A stretch of DNA of 63,909 bases, counting the filler, from an uncultured bacterium (GTDB lineage Bacteria > B130-G9): assembly GCA_965372715.1 (NCBI GenBank). It is 3 parts of 3 records of this genome, joined end to end, with 100 filler letters (N's around TTAATTAATTAA, not from the genome) between each part and the next. Parts side by side here need not be neighbours in the genome. Positions count along the whole stretch, not along the records: positions 45,655 to 63,909 come from CBDVDH010000065.1; 2 more parts are not named here. The stretch is one strand, 5' to 3'. Made by a program: the position numbers and the translations under genes. Positions 46,490-55,777 of the stretch are shown here, in pieces. A model generated the notes under the pieces. The model had not been told where the DNA came from and searched no databases. It saw only the letters and a list, made by a program, of their open reading frames with translations. The stretch's first letter is position 1, and each line of letters starts with the position of its first letter.

Positions 46490-47620
46490 TCAGCTCGTCA
46501 GTTTGCGCCTCTTGAGCTCCTCGAGCGCCCGCTCGACGCCGTCCGTCGCGGTTTGACGCGCAACCCAGTTCGTCAGCTCAGTTATGCCGTCCTCGAAAGA
46601 GACCTTTGGCTCAAATCCGAGCAGGGCTTTAATCTTTGTGATGTCCGCGAAGCAGTGGCGGATATCCCCGGCTCGGAACTTCTCTACTATCTGAGGCGCT
46701 AAGCCCTCGACCTTCCCGACCCTGTCGATCAGGATGTTGGCGATCTCAAGGACGGATACGCTCTTGCCGGAACCGACGTTGAAGACCTCGTAGTTAGCCT
46801 TGTCGCTTCTCAAAGCGAGTATATTCGCCTCGGCGATGTCCCGCACATTGATGAAGTCACGGCTTTGGAGCCCGTCCTCAAAGATTATCGGAGCGTGGTC
46901 GTTCAGGATCCTGCTCCCGAATATGGCGCACACACCAGTGTATGGATTTGACAGTGCCTGCCTCGGCCCATAGACATTGAAGTATCGAAGCGCCACGGTC
47001 GGCAATTTGTAGGCCATGCCAGTGCTTATGAACATCTCCTCGTGGTCCCGCTTGTTGATGGCGTAGATCGACGTGGGATAGAGTGGCTTGTCTTCGTCCG
47101 TCGGCAGCGGTCTCGCAACCGCCCCGCACTTGGGACAGTGCATCTCCCAGTCCCCCGTTGCCATTTGCGATTCTGGCCTAAGCTTCGGGGATATCACACC
47201 GCATTCCGGACAGTCATACTTGCCCTCGCCGTATATCGACATCGATGATGCCACAAGCACCTTCTCTACCTCATGCTTCTCGTTGGCGAGGATATCGAGC
47301 AAAATCGCGCCGCCCATCGTGTTGATCTCGGTGTATCGCGCGATCTCATACATCGACTGTCCGACGCCGACCGCAGCCGCCTCGTGAAACACGACGTGCT
47401 TGCCCTTGATCGCCTCGTAAAGAGTGTCGCGGTCCCTAACATCGCCCTGGATGAACTCCGCGTCCTTGCTCAGGTAATCCGGCACCCTCTGTTCCTCGCC
47501 GTGCACCTGCTTCTCAAGGCTGTCATAGACCGCAACCTCAAAGCCCTCCTCGAGCAGCCTGTCCACAAGATGAGAGCCGATGAACCCCGCGCCGCCTGTA
47601 ACCAAAACCTTTGTTGCCAT
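46490..47620 (-). CDS. NAD-dependent epimerase/dehydratase (WbiB-like, with CxxC...CxxC insert)
   Basis: VTGGAGFIGSH, GVGQSMY, ASSMSIYGEG, CPECG...CPKCG, YAINK, NVYGPRQALSNPYTGV. Confidence 0.93.
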   Translation of the reverse strand: MATKVLVTGGAGFIGSHLVDRLLEEGFEVAVYDSLEKQVHGEEQRVPDYLSKDAEFIQGDVRDRDTLYEAIKGKHVVFHEAAAVGVGQSMYEIARYTEINTMGGAILLDILANEKHEVEKVLVASSMSIYGEGKYDCPECGVISPKLRPESQMATGDWEMHCPKCGAVARPLPTDEDKPLYPTSIYAINKRDHEEMFISTGMAYKLPTVALRYFNVYGPRQALSNPYTGVCAIFGSRILNDHAPIIFEDGLQSRDFINVRDIAEANILALRSDKANYEVFNVGSGKSVSVLEIANILIDRVGKVEGLAPQIVEKFRAGDIRHCFADITKIKALLGFEPKVSFEDGITELTNWVARQTATDGVERALEELKRRKLTS

Positions 47621-47624
47621 TACC

Positions 47625-47987
47625 TCACTCCGACGTTTTCTGAGTCTCAAGAATCTCCAGTATTTCACGAGCTAATCGCTCGGCGCGCCGAAGTCGATTC
47701 GCACGCGGCCCGTCGGTCCCGGGACCTCTGCCCTCAGACATCCCCTCCACCTCGGCTGACGAGCGCGAGAGCATCCTCCTCGCGCCGCTCACAGTATATC
47801 CATCGTCACGTAGTAGCTTTTTTATCCTAAGAACTAGCTCAAGGTCCCGCTGGCTGTACATCCTCTGGCCCGACCGGGTTTTCTGAGGCTTCAGGAGTGC
47901 GAACTCCTTCTCCCAATATCTCAACGTGGCGGTGTCCACCCCGGTCAACTCGCTGACCTGGCCAATCTTATGGAACATCTTCGTCAA
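47625..47987 (-). CDS. MerR-family HTH transcriptional regulator
   Basis: KIGQVSELTGV...TLRYWEKEF..LKP.K...GQRMY; follows ihfA. Confidence 0.92.
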   Translation of the reverse strand: MTKMFHKIGQVSELTGVDTATLRYWEKEFALLKPQKTRSGQRMYSQRDLELVLRIKKLLRDDGYTVSGARRMLSRSSAEVEGMSEGRGPGTDGPRANRLRRAERLAREILEILETQKTSE

Positions 47988-48018
47988 GGTTCTTCACCGC
48001 GAGAAAACACAGTCTCAT

Positions 48019-48297
48019 CTAACGCGAGAAAAGACCAACGCCCCGCCGGAATCGGACGGTGAGCGATTCAGGAATCTCAACCAAGTCACCAGTTCTCGGA
48101 TGCCTCGTAATCCGACGCTTACGCCTCTTAACATCGAATGTGCCAAAGCCTCTGATTTTGACGTTGCCGTCGGTCAAGAGACCGTCCTGTATCGTATCCA
48201 AGACAGCGCCAACGAGCCCAAGCGCTTCTTTCAGCGAAAGCCCCCCATGAGCATCCCTTAAGCGCTTGGCAACCTCTTCCCTAGTCAGCGTGCTCAT
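48019..48297 (-). CDS. ihfA: Integration host factor / HU-family DNA-binding protein
   Basis: TLTR, VKIRGFGTF, RHPRTG..VEIP; ihfA-merR adjacency. Confidence 0.8.
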   Translation of the reverse strand: MSTLTREEVAKRLRDAHGGLSLKEALGLVGAVLDTIQDGLLTDGNVKIRGFGTFDVKRRKRRITRHPRTGDLVEIPESLTVRFRRGVGLFSR

Positions 48298-48557
48298 TCG
48301 CAAATCCGCCTCCCAATCACGGCAAATCCAACGGGTAGAGCTCTTGAAACGTTAAAGAGAGACTCTGCGGCCATTACAGCAAGATAATACAGGCCAAGCG
48401 CAGAATCTCAAACCCGCAACTTGCAGCTTGGAATTCGCGCCCCAATCGAGTAGTTTAATCTGTGGCGCCTAAGAGGCGCCTCCGCCCGACCCTTCGCCCC
48501 GGGGCGAATGCCCTGGGGCGTTCGGGTCAAAGCCCATGTGTGCAGAGAATTGAGATA

Positions 48558-49886
48558 ATGCTTGATTTGCGATTTGTCCGCGAGAATCTGGAGCTAGTAA
48601 GGAAGAAGACCGAGCAGCGTCAGTTCGATCTGGATTTCAGGGTGTTTGAGATGCTCGACGCCAAGAGAAGAGACATTCTGATGAACGTCGAGGAGCTGAG
48701 GCGCAAGCGCAACGAGGCGTCCCAGCGGATTTCGGGAAAGGACCTGTCGAAGGATGAACGGCAGGCGCTGATCACGAGGATGCGGGAGGTCTCGGCTGAG
48801 ACCAAGTCCCTTGAAAGGGAACTTCGAGAGATTCAAGGGCAGCTCGAGGAGTTCATGCACAGCATCCCTAACCTCGTGGACGACGAGGCGCCGGTCGGCA
48901 GGGATGAGTTCGACAACGCAGAGCTCCGAACTTGGGGCAAGAAGCCCGAATTCGACTTCGAGCCGAAAGCTCACTGGGAGATAGGGCCGGCCCTCGACAT
49001 CCTCGATTTCGAGCGCGCCTCAAAGATGTCCGGTTCAAGGTTCGTGATCAACAAGGGTCTGGGCGCTCGTCTGGAGCGCGCGCTCATCAATTTCATGCTC
49101 GACCTGCACGTCAATGAACACGGCTATACGGAGATCATCCCACCGCTTCTCGTAAGTTATGATACCTGCTTCGGCACGGGCCAGGTCCCGAAGCTCGAGG
49201 ACGACATGTATTACTGCCTGGGCACGGGCCAAATCGTAGAACACCAGAACCAGGTCTTTCAGAGCGATAAATGGCCGGGGCTGTTCCTCATCCCGACGGG
49301 TGAGGTGCCGCTGGTCAACCTCTTCCGTGAGGAAACGCTCGCAGAAGAACAGCTGCCTCTCAACGTGACGGCATATACGCCGTGCTTCCGGCGCGAGGCG
49401 GGGACCTACGGCAAGGACCAGCGCGGACTCATCCGCCTGCATCAGTTCAACAAGGTGGAGCTCGTGAAGATAACGACGCCTGAGAGCTCCTGGGATGAAC
49501 TCGATAGGCTTACGGCCCACGCGGAGGCCGTCTTGCAGAAGCTCGGGCTGGCATACCGTTTCGTCTCCCTTTGCACTGGCGACCTGACGTTTGCGTCTGC
49601 CAGGACGTATGACCTGGAAGTCTGGTTCCCGCATCAGAACAGATACCGCGAGATTTCCTCATGCAGCAACTGCACTGACTTTCAGGCCAGACGGGCAGGT
49701 ATAAGGTTCAAGCCGACCGGCGGCGGCAAGTCCCGCTTCGTCCACACGCTCAACGGCTCGGGCCTCGCAGTGGGCAGGACGCTCGCAGCTATCCTGGAGA
49801 ACTATCAGCGGCCCGACGGCACGGTCGAAGTCCCCGAGGCATTGGTCCCCTATATGGGCGGGCTAACGCTAATACTGTCCACTTAA
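48558..49886 (+). CDS. serS: Serine--tRNA ligase
   Basis: MLDLRFVREN, LIPTGEVP, CFRREAG, GLIRLHQFNKVE, EISSCSNC.DFQARR, HTLNGSGLAVGR. Confidence 0.98.
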   Translation: MLDLRFVRENLELVRKKTEQRQFDLDFRVFEMLDAKRRDILMNVEELRRKRNEASQRISGKDLSKDERQALITRMREVSAETKSLERELREIQGQLEEFMHSIPNLVDDEAPVGRDEFDNAELRTWGKKPEFDFEPKAHWEIGPALDILDFERASKMSGSRFVINKGLGARLERALINFMLDLHVNEHGYTEIIPPLLVSYDTCFGTGQVPKLEDDMYYCLGTGQIVEHQNQVFQSDKWPGLFLIPTGEVPLVNLFREETLAEEQLPLNVTAYTPCFRREAGTYGKDQRGLIRLHQFNKVELVKITTPESSWDELDRLTAHAEAVLQKLGLAYRFVSLCTGDLTFASARTYDLEVWFPHQNRYREISSCSNCTDFQARRAGIRFKPTGGGKSRFVHTLNGSGLAVGRTLAAILENYQRPDGTVEVPEALVPYMGGLTLILST

Positions 49887-49921
49887 CGTAGAAGGCTGTC
49901 CAATAGGTCGGGTTGCGGATT

Positions 49922-49995
49922 GTAGGGGCGGTGCTTGCTCCGCCCTTCATACGTTCGGTCGCATCTGGCAAGGGCGGGGCAAGCACCACCCCTAC
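49922..49995. repeat. GTAG-type REP doublet between convergent serS and lat
   Basis: GTAGGGGCGGTGCTTGCTCCGCCCTT ... AAGGGCGGGGCAAGCACCACCCCTAC. Confidence 0.88.
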
Positions 49996-50092
49996 ACGAT
50001 CTATCACGCTTCCTGCAGCCACATTCTGCACATCGCACCACATTACATCAGTTTGGGTGCAGGTCGTGAGGTTCTGCGTTGCCTGACGTGAT

Positions 50093-51427
50093 CTAGCTGA
50101 TCTGCTTCAGCGAATCCTCGATCTTCTCGAGCGCGTCGTCTATGTCCTTCGGGACAACGTTCAGCGCTGGGCGGAACCTGATGCCCCTTACGCCGGTCTT
50201 CAGCACCATCAGCCCGTTCTCGTACGCTTTGGCAAAGAGCTTGTCGCGGAGCTCTGAATTAGCCAAATCAAACGCGCACATCAGGCCCAGGCCTCGTGCG
50301 TTCAGGACTAGCCCGGAGAAGTTGCCCTGAACGCCTTTTAGGCCATCGAGCAGTCTTTGGCCCATTCTGGCTGCGTTCTCGACCAGGTTCTCCTCCTCAA
50401 TCACCTCGAGGACCCTCTGGCAGCGCACCATGTCGGTTAGGTTGCCGCCCCACGTGGAGTTGATTCGGCCTGACGCTTTGAATACGTTATCGGGCGCCTC
50501 GTCGATCCGTTTGCTGCAAGCGATGCCGCAGACCTGGCTCTTTTTGCCGAAGCAAACTATGTCAGGCTTCATGTCGAAGTGCTCAAAGCACCACATCTTG
50601 CCCGTCAGGCCGAGGCCAGTCTGGATTTCGTCGAAGATGAGCATCGCTTCGTTGTCGGTCGCCGCGGTCCTGAGGGCTTGCATGAACTCGGCCCGGAAAT
50701 GGTTGTCGCCGCCCTCGCCCTGGAGCGGCTCGATGATGATCGCCGCAATGTCGCCATCGTTCCTCACGAACGCCTCGTTCATCTGGGACAGAGCACGCTC
50801 CTCTGCGGCTTTGACTGCGGAAAGGTTCTCGCCATCAAGCGGAAACGTGATCTTGGGATTTTCGATGCGCGGCCAGTCAAACTTCGGGAAATACTTGATC
50901 TTGACAGGCTCGGTGTTGGTCAGCGACAGCGTATATCCGGTTCTCCCGTGGAATGCCTCGCGGAAGTGCATTATCTTGGTACCCAATTCCTGCTTGGCGC
51001 CGGCCCCAAAGTTCTTGCGTATCTTCCAGTCGAAAGCGGCCTTCAAGGCGTTCTCGACGGCCAGCCCGCCGCCCTCGACAAAGAACAGGTAGTCCGTATG
51101 CCTGGGCATGGCGATCACACCGAAGGTCTCAACAAACTCCGCCATCTCCACCGTGTAAACGTCGGAGTTGGACGGCTTGTGAATGGCCGCCCTCGTCAGC
51201 TTCGCAAGAAACGCCTCGTCTGTAAGCGCGGGAGGGTTCATCCCCAGCGGGTTCGAGGCGAAGAAGGAGAACATGTCCAAAAACTCGCGGTTGTAGCGCG
51301 AATCGTGGAGCCTGCTGCCCTTGCTTTTCTCGAGATCGATTACGAGGTCGAATCCATCCACAAGCATGTATTTGCCGAGCGTCTCGTGAACGGCACCCGG
51401 TGAGATATTCTTGCTTGTGATCGCCAT
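50093..51427 (-). CDS. lat: L-lysine 6-transaminase (class III aminotransferase)
   Basis: MLVDGFDLV.D, KPSNSDVY, FFVEGG.LAVENALKAAFDWK, AFHGRTGYTLSLT, QGEGGDNH, FGKKSQVCG, RINSTWGG. Confidence 0.95.
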   Translation of the reverse strand: MAITSKNISPGAVHETLGKYMLVDGFDLVIDLEKSKGSRLHDSRYNREFLDMFSFFASNPLGMNPPALTDEAFLAKLTRAAIHKPSNSDVYTVEMAEFVETFGVIAMPRHTDYLFFVEGGGLAVENALKAAFDWKIRKNFGAGAKQELGTKIMHFREAFHGRTGYTLSLTNTEPVKIKYFPKFDWPRIENPKITFPLDGENLSAVKAAEERALSQMNEAFVRNDGDIAAIIIEPLQGEGGDNHFRAEFMQALRTAATDNEAMLIFDEIQTGLGLTGKMWCFEHFDMKPDIVCFGKKSQVCGIACSKRIDEAPDNVFKASGRINSTWGGNLTDMVRCQRVLEVIEEENLVENAARMGQRLLDGLKGVQGNFSGLVLNARGLGLMCAFDLANSELRDKLFAKAYENGLMVLKTGVRGIRFRPALNVVPKDIDDALEKIEDSLKQIS

Positions 51428-51431
51428 CTTT

Positions 51432-51923
51432 CTAGACTCCTTGTTCATTCCCATCGTTAGGCTGCTCAGAAGGTATCTGAAGAGGAAACTGCGTCGTCTC
51501 CTTCGGCGAGGACAGCACAATCGTCGTCTTCGTCTGCCTCACCCCGGGTATGCTGTTGATGCTGTGGAACAAGAGATGCTCGAATGTCTCAATGTTCTTG
51601 GTTCGAACTTTCAATAGCAGGCTGAAATCCCCTGTTACATGATGGCACTCCTGAACCTCCGAGACCGCGTCCAGTTTCTCGAGAAGCTCCGCCTCGAACC
51701 TCGGATGTTCGATGAAGACGAACACGTATGCCGTGATCCCAACACCCAGGGCGCGTGCGTCAAGGACAGCGGTGTAAGACTTCACAACTCCGCTCTTTTC
51801 GAGTCGCTTGAGCCTCTCCGAGATCGATGCAGGCGAAAGACCCACGCGACGCGCAAGCTCCACCTGTGCGATTTTGCAGTCCTTTTGAAGCATCGAGAGA
51901 ATCTGAATGTCTATGCTGTCCAA
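51432..51923 (-). CDS. Lrp/AsnC family transcriptional regulator
   Basis: ELARRVGLSPASISERLKRLE..GVV, ECHHVTGDF, PGV..TKT.IVLS. Confidence 0.95.
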   Translation of the reverse strand: MDSIDIQILSMLQKDCKIAQVELARRVGLSPASISERLKRLEKSGVVKSYTAVLDARALGVGITAYVFVFIEHPRFEAELLEKLDAVSEVQECHHVTGDFSLLLKVRTKNIETFEHLLFHSINSIPGVRQTKTTIVLSSPKETTQFPLQIPSEQPNDGNEQGV

Positions 51924-52316
51924 AGGAACACCTCAATTGAATGATATTAGGCCAAAAGGCCCTCTCACAGAATAATATAAGATAAATCCGCCACAAGTCA
52001 AGATAATTCTCGACAAAAGCCTTCGTCATTGGAACGAAACCAAACCGGCAGCTGGCGATAAGCCGGGCCGACAACGGATAAACCACTCCCTCAAATGGTG
52101 CAGCTAGCGTCACCAATTGCCCGGAGCCGAGAGCCTCTCGAGAGTTTAAGGGACTTGTCTAATTCAGGCCAAGGCTTTCCCTGGGAGGAGTTTTCGTAAT
52201 AGTATGCGTTGGGGCGCTTGCACACATGGTGGGCGGCTGACTTTGAGGGATTCTGGCCCCAGAAGCTCATGCAATCTGGGCGGGAGGCGGGGACTGTTGG
52301 AGAGTGATGCTTCAAT

Positions 52317-52574
52317 GCCCTGAAAGGGCATCACGTGCGTAGCCGTGGGTGCAACCCACGGATCATGGCCAACAGAAAGCTAATGGACCCCTAAGGCGTC
52401 GGACAGTCTCTCCGAGATTGTCCGACGCCTTAGGGCTGAGGGTCGTGTTCCTGCCCGAATACCCCGCGTTTCACACGGGGCTACCCACGTGGCCCCCTTT
52501 CAGGGGACTTTTGCCCCTCCAACCTGACGTCAATTCCACTTTTCCCTCCCCGAAAACCAAGCCCCGGAGCCAAC
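52317..52574. mobile_element. Multi-hairpin MITE-like element plus shared terminal segment
   Basis: Outer IR GCCCTGAAAGGG..CACGTG.GTAGCC / GGCTAC.CACGTG..CCCTTTCAGGG; central hairpin CCCTAAGGCGTCGGACA/TGTCCGACGCCTTAGGG; 52527-52574 matches 45710-45763. Confidence 0.72.
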
Positions 52575-52721
52575 AAGCCAACACCCATCAGTCAAAAACT
52601 GCGAAAACTCGTGTTTCCCTGGGACGTTGATTCTCGCCTTTATGCGTTGGATTTCTTCGCTGGTGCTGCACGGCCGAAGATGTGCGGGGAAGGCCGACAG
52701 TTAGATAATCCGGTTTTTCAG

Positions 52722-52752
52722 CTTGACAAGGCCTTAGCTTGTCAAGTATGAT
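52722..52752 (+). promoter_or_regulatory. Promoter with perfect operator palindrome
   Basis: CTTGACAAG-N7-CTTGTCAAG overlapping TTGACA-N18-TATGAT. Confidence 0.65.
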
Positions 52753-53156
52753 GTGCTACAGAGTGAATGCCTGAAAGGCAATGTTGCTGCGCTAATAGCG
52801 CGCGGCTGACCCCGGAGGGGATAAGATGGGTATAGTCACTTCACACGGCAGTCGTCAGTGTTCTGACGAGAGCCCGTTCCGCGCCGCCTGGCCCAATCTG
52901 TATAAAGTGCGGGGGGCGGGCAGCCTAATCCGAGAGTCGACGAACAAGTTACCACGGCGGTTCGCTATCTTTTTTGTGTTTCCGCCCCTGCTCTTCCTGC
53001 TGTGTACGCAGGAAGAGGGCTCGCGGCAGAATTAGACCACGAGGCCCTCCTATGCGTCCCGCGTGCCATCCGAAGATGGCATCAACCACAGGAGAAGTGT
53101 CGCATTTAGATGAAAAAACACAACACATTTCGTCTTGAAGACAAAAAGGAGTAACG

Positions 53157-53531
53157 ATGAGACGACGTATGATAGTGCTTTTGGTCACAGGTGTGATCGC
53201 AGCGTTGGCGATTCTAGCTTTTGCGGGGTACTTCACGTCTGATGGCGGGGTGTGGCCGCGATGCGGCCTTGCAAAGATGCAGCTGTTCGAATACGGGGTC
53301 AACTACAACCTAGACGAGGAACAAGGGACGCCCGACGCATACGTCTGGATATGGGATGGTGAGGACCTCATCCACGGCGAGCTGATGGCTGTCACCAGTC
53401 TTGATGGTGTTGCGTATTACAGGTACTACACAACTCTCCATGAGCCAGGGGACGATTATTCGTACCAGTTCACCACAATTGATGACTCGACCGAAAAACA
53501 AGATGGCCCGACTGTCTATGCCTCGCCATAA
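53157..53531 (+). CDS. Small secreted beta-rich (Ig-like) protein
   Basis: AGGAG RBS, signal peptide ending AFA, pattern G.V.P..G...FEY.V.Y...Y.Y...L.....Y.F...GP.V. Confidence 0.75.
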   Translation: MRRRMIVLLVTGVIAALAILAFAGYFTSDGGVWPRCGLAKMQLFEYGVNYNLDEEQGTPDAYVWIWDGEDLIHGELMAVTSLDGVAYYRYYTTLHEPGDDYSYQFTTIDDSTEKQDGPTVYASP

Positions 53532-53630
53532 GTCCGGGATTGGCTTGGCGGGGGACTTTGTTCCCCCGCCACCCCCAATCATGTGATTATTGCTTGAAAG
53601 GAATGAATTCGGAGAATAAGGAGAAGCGAA

Positions 53631-55640
53631 ATGCGGTATGGAAGTATGTTTCTGTCGTTTGTATTGATGTTTGGCGCGGCTGTTTGGGCCGACGCGGACT
53701 CGTTTTGGCCGATGTTTCAACGCGATCCGGGGCACACGGGTCTTGCGCCTGTCTCAACGGCCGAGAATCTTCAATTGCTTTGGGAGCTCGATGTAACGAC
53801 TGTGAACCCGATGGGGGCTTCACATCTGCTGATGGGTAATGACGGGTGTCTCTGGGTGGTTGGGACGAAGATACTGGCGGTCTCTCCTGACGGTCAGGTG
53901 GACGTCGAGTTTCCCTTTCCGGCTGACTTAGCGGGGTCCTTCAGGGGCTGGCCTGCGCCTGTTGTTCTCGGCGACGGCGCGCTGGTTGTTCTGGCGCACG
54001 TCCGCGTCGAGGGCCAATTCAGGCCCCATCTGTTTGCCATCGAGCCCTGGGGCGCGCTTCGCTGGACGCTGCCCCTGGAGGGTCGCGCCGGGGATTCCCT
54101 GCTCACGCTTGGGCCGCAGGGCGCCATTTACGCAGCTTCCGAAAACTACCTCTACAAGATATCACAAGAGCCGCAAATCCAGTGGTCTTACCAATGTGAG
54201 GCCGAGGTAGCGACCATCCCCGCCGTCGCGCAAGACCGGTCCATACACTTCGGCGCGAAAGACAACGCTCTTTACTGCCTCTCATCTCAGGGGTCCCTGA
54301 ACTGGACTTTCCAACACCGTAACACGTTGCTGGCTGCGCCGACTGTCGATGCGGACGGAAGGGTTTATCTCCCGGTCTCAGGCGAAGCGTTATACTGCCT
54401 AAACAGCGATGGCTCCATTGTGTTTTCCTATCCGAACCTAGGCATGTCTTATGCCAGCCCTGTCTTGCTGGCCGATGGCTCCGTGGTTTTCATGGGCTCC
54501 ACGACGGGACCTGGAGTTGAGGAAGTAATATGCCTCGACGGCAGCGGCGCAGAGATCTGGAAGGTGGGTCTGGAGACGAACCAGAAGCCGCAGACAAGCC
54601 CGGTTGCGGACGCGGACGCCAACGTCTATATAGGATACTTCTTGTACGAAGGCGAGCCACCCAACTACGTCTATCATCGCCGCCTGGCTCGGATCACCCC
54701 GACAGGCTCGTACGAGGAGTTCCACGTCGATTCGGGCGGAACCAAAACGACCGCCGGCGGGTTTTGCATAGGACAAAACGGGACAGTATATGGCTACAAC
54801 GGCAACTTGCTCTGCGCCTTCGGGGGCGCCGTTCAATTGCTCAATGTGGGCGTCTCGACGGGCCTCGTGGCCTATGACCTGGACATCGGTTGGATACGCG
54901 CAGCATCAGTCCAGATCGCCAACCCACTTTCGGACATGAACCTAGACTGCTACGTGGCATATCGAAGGGCGGGAAGCGACGAGCTGTTCTTCTACCCGTT
55001 TTGGTCCACGGACCCGGGCAACTCTGCGCTTCAGTTCAGGCCCCTGCCCGCGGGCGCGCAATTCCCCAAGATCGAGCTGATACATCTTCAGGAGCGCACT
55101 TTGGAGCCGGGGCAATACGAATGGCTCGCCGGGTTCTTTGAGCCTGGGACGTTTGAGCCCGCGTGCGAGATAGCCTCGTGCGCGTTCACCGTGTTGGCCC
55201 AACCCATTCGAGGCTCCGACTTCGGGCGTACGAAGGAGGCCGAGACTGGCAACGGCATAGCTGTTCAAGAGACGCCGCTGACGGTACAACTCTGGACGGA
55301 CAAGCTCGATTACACCGCAGGCGAGACGCTTCACCTCTCGCTGAGCATTGATAACCAGGGCTTCGGTATGCCCTTTGACCTCTACATCGCGGCCACGATG
55401 GAGACCGACCCGAGCGGGACGCTCTACTTCTTCCCGACCTGGGCGACAAACCCGAGCTTTACGAACATCTCATTCTTCCCGCTGGCGCAGGGCGCCTCGC
55501 TTCCGGACTTAACGATCATGCACCTTCCGCTTTGGGAAGGTCTGCCGTCGGGCGACTACACATTCCTGGCGGCCTTTTTCCTCACGGGCAGATTTGAGCT
55601 GGCCAGCGAGATCGCCGAGGCGAGGTGGACGCTGATGTAG
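53631..55640 (+). CDS. Secreted PQQ-like (BamB-type) beta-propeller with two C-terminal Ig-like repeat domains
   Basis: Signal peptide, WPMFQRD..HTG, repeats LY.L...G.L.W and P.V..DG; two copies of the shared domain. Confidence 0.9.
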   Translation: MRYGSMFLSFVLMFGAAVWADADSFWPMFQRDPGHTGLAPVSTAENLQLLWELDVTTVNPMGASHLLMGNDGCLWVVGTKILAVSPDGQVDVEFPFPADLAGSFRGWPAPVVLGDGALVVLAHVRVEGQFRPHLFAIEPWGALRWTLPLEGRAGDSLLTLGPQGAIYAASENYLYKISQEPQIQWSYQCEAEVATIPAVAQDRSIHFGAKDNALYCLSSQGSLNWTFQHRNTLLAAPTVDADGRVYLPVSGEALYCLNSDGSIVFSYPNLGMSYASPVLLADGSVVFMGSTTGPGVEEVICLDGSGAEIWKVGLETNQKPQTSPVADADANVYIGYFLYEGEPPNYVYHRRLARITPTGSYEEFHVDSGGTKTTAGGFCIGQNGTVYGYNGNLLCAFGGAVQLLNVGVSTGLVAYDLDIGWIRAASVQIANPLSDMNLDCYVAYRRAGSDELFFYPFWSTDPGNSALQFRPLPAGAQFPKIELIHLQERTLEPGQYEWLAGFFEPGTFEPACEIASCAFTVLAQPIRGSDFGRTKEAETGNGIAVQETPLTVQLWTDKLDYTAGETLHLSLSIDNQGFGMPFDLYIAATMETDPSGTLYFFPTWATNPSFTNISFFPLAQGASLPDLTIMHLPLWEGLPSGDYTFLAAFFLTGRFELASEIAEARWTLM

Positions 55641-55675
55641 AGGCAGCGCTTGCTGTGCCCTCGATGATTGCACAC

Positions 55676-55748
55676 AGGGCGGGGCAAGCACCGCCCCTAC
55701 ATAATCCCAGATTCGAATTATGACCCAGCCTCCAAGCACCGCCCCTAC
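55676..55748. repeat. GTAG-type REP halves between convergent genes
   Basis: AGGGCGGGGCAAGCACCGCCCCTAC and CAAGCACCGCCCCTAC. Confidence 0.8.
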
Positions 55749-55777
55749 GGGAGGTTGCACCGTCTGGTGGTGCGCTC

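Noticed and set aside
48462-48557. N-terminal extension or T-box leader for serS
   Set aside because: No T-box consensus; the conserved start is MLD at 48558
52655-52822. Confident c-di-AMP (ydaO) or c-di-GMP riboswitch call
   Set aside because: Only fragments of the consensus match; kept as an unassigned structured-leader finding
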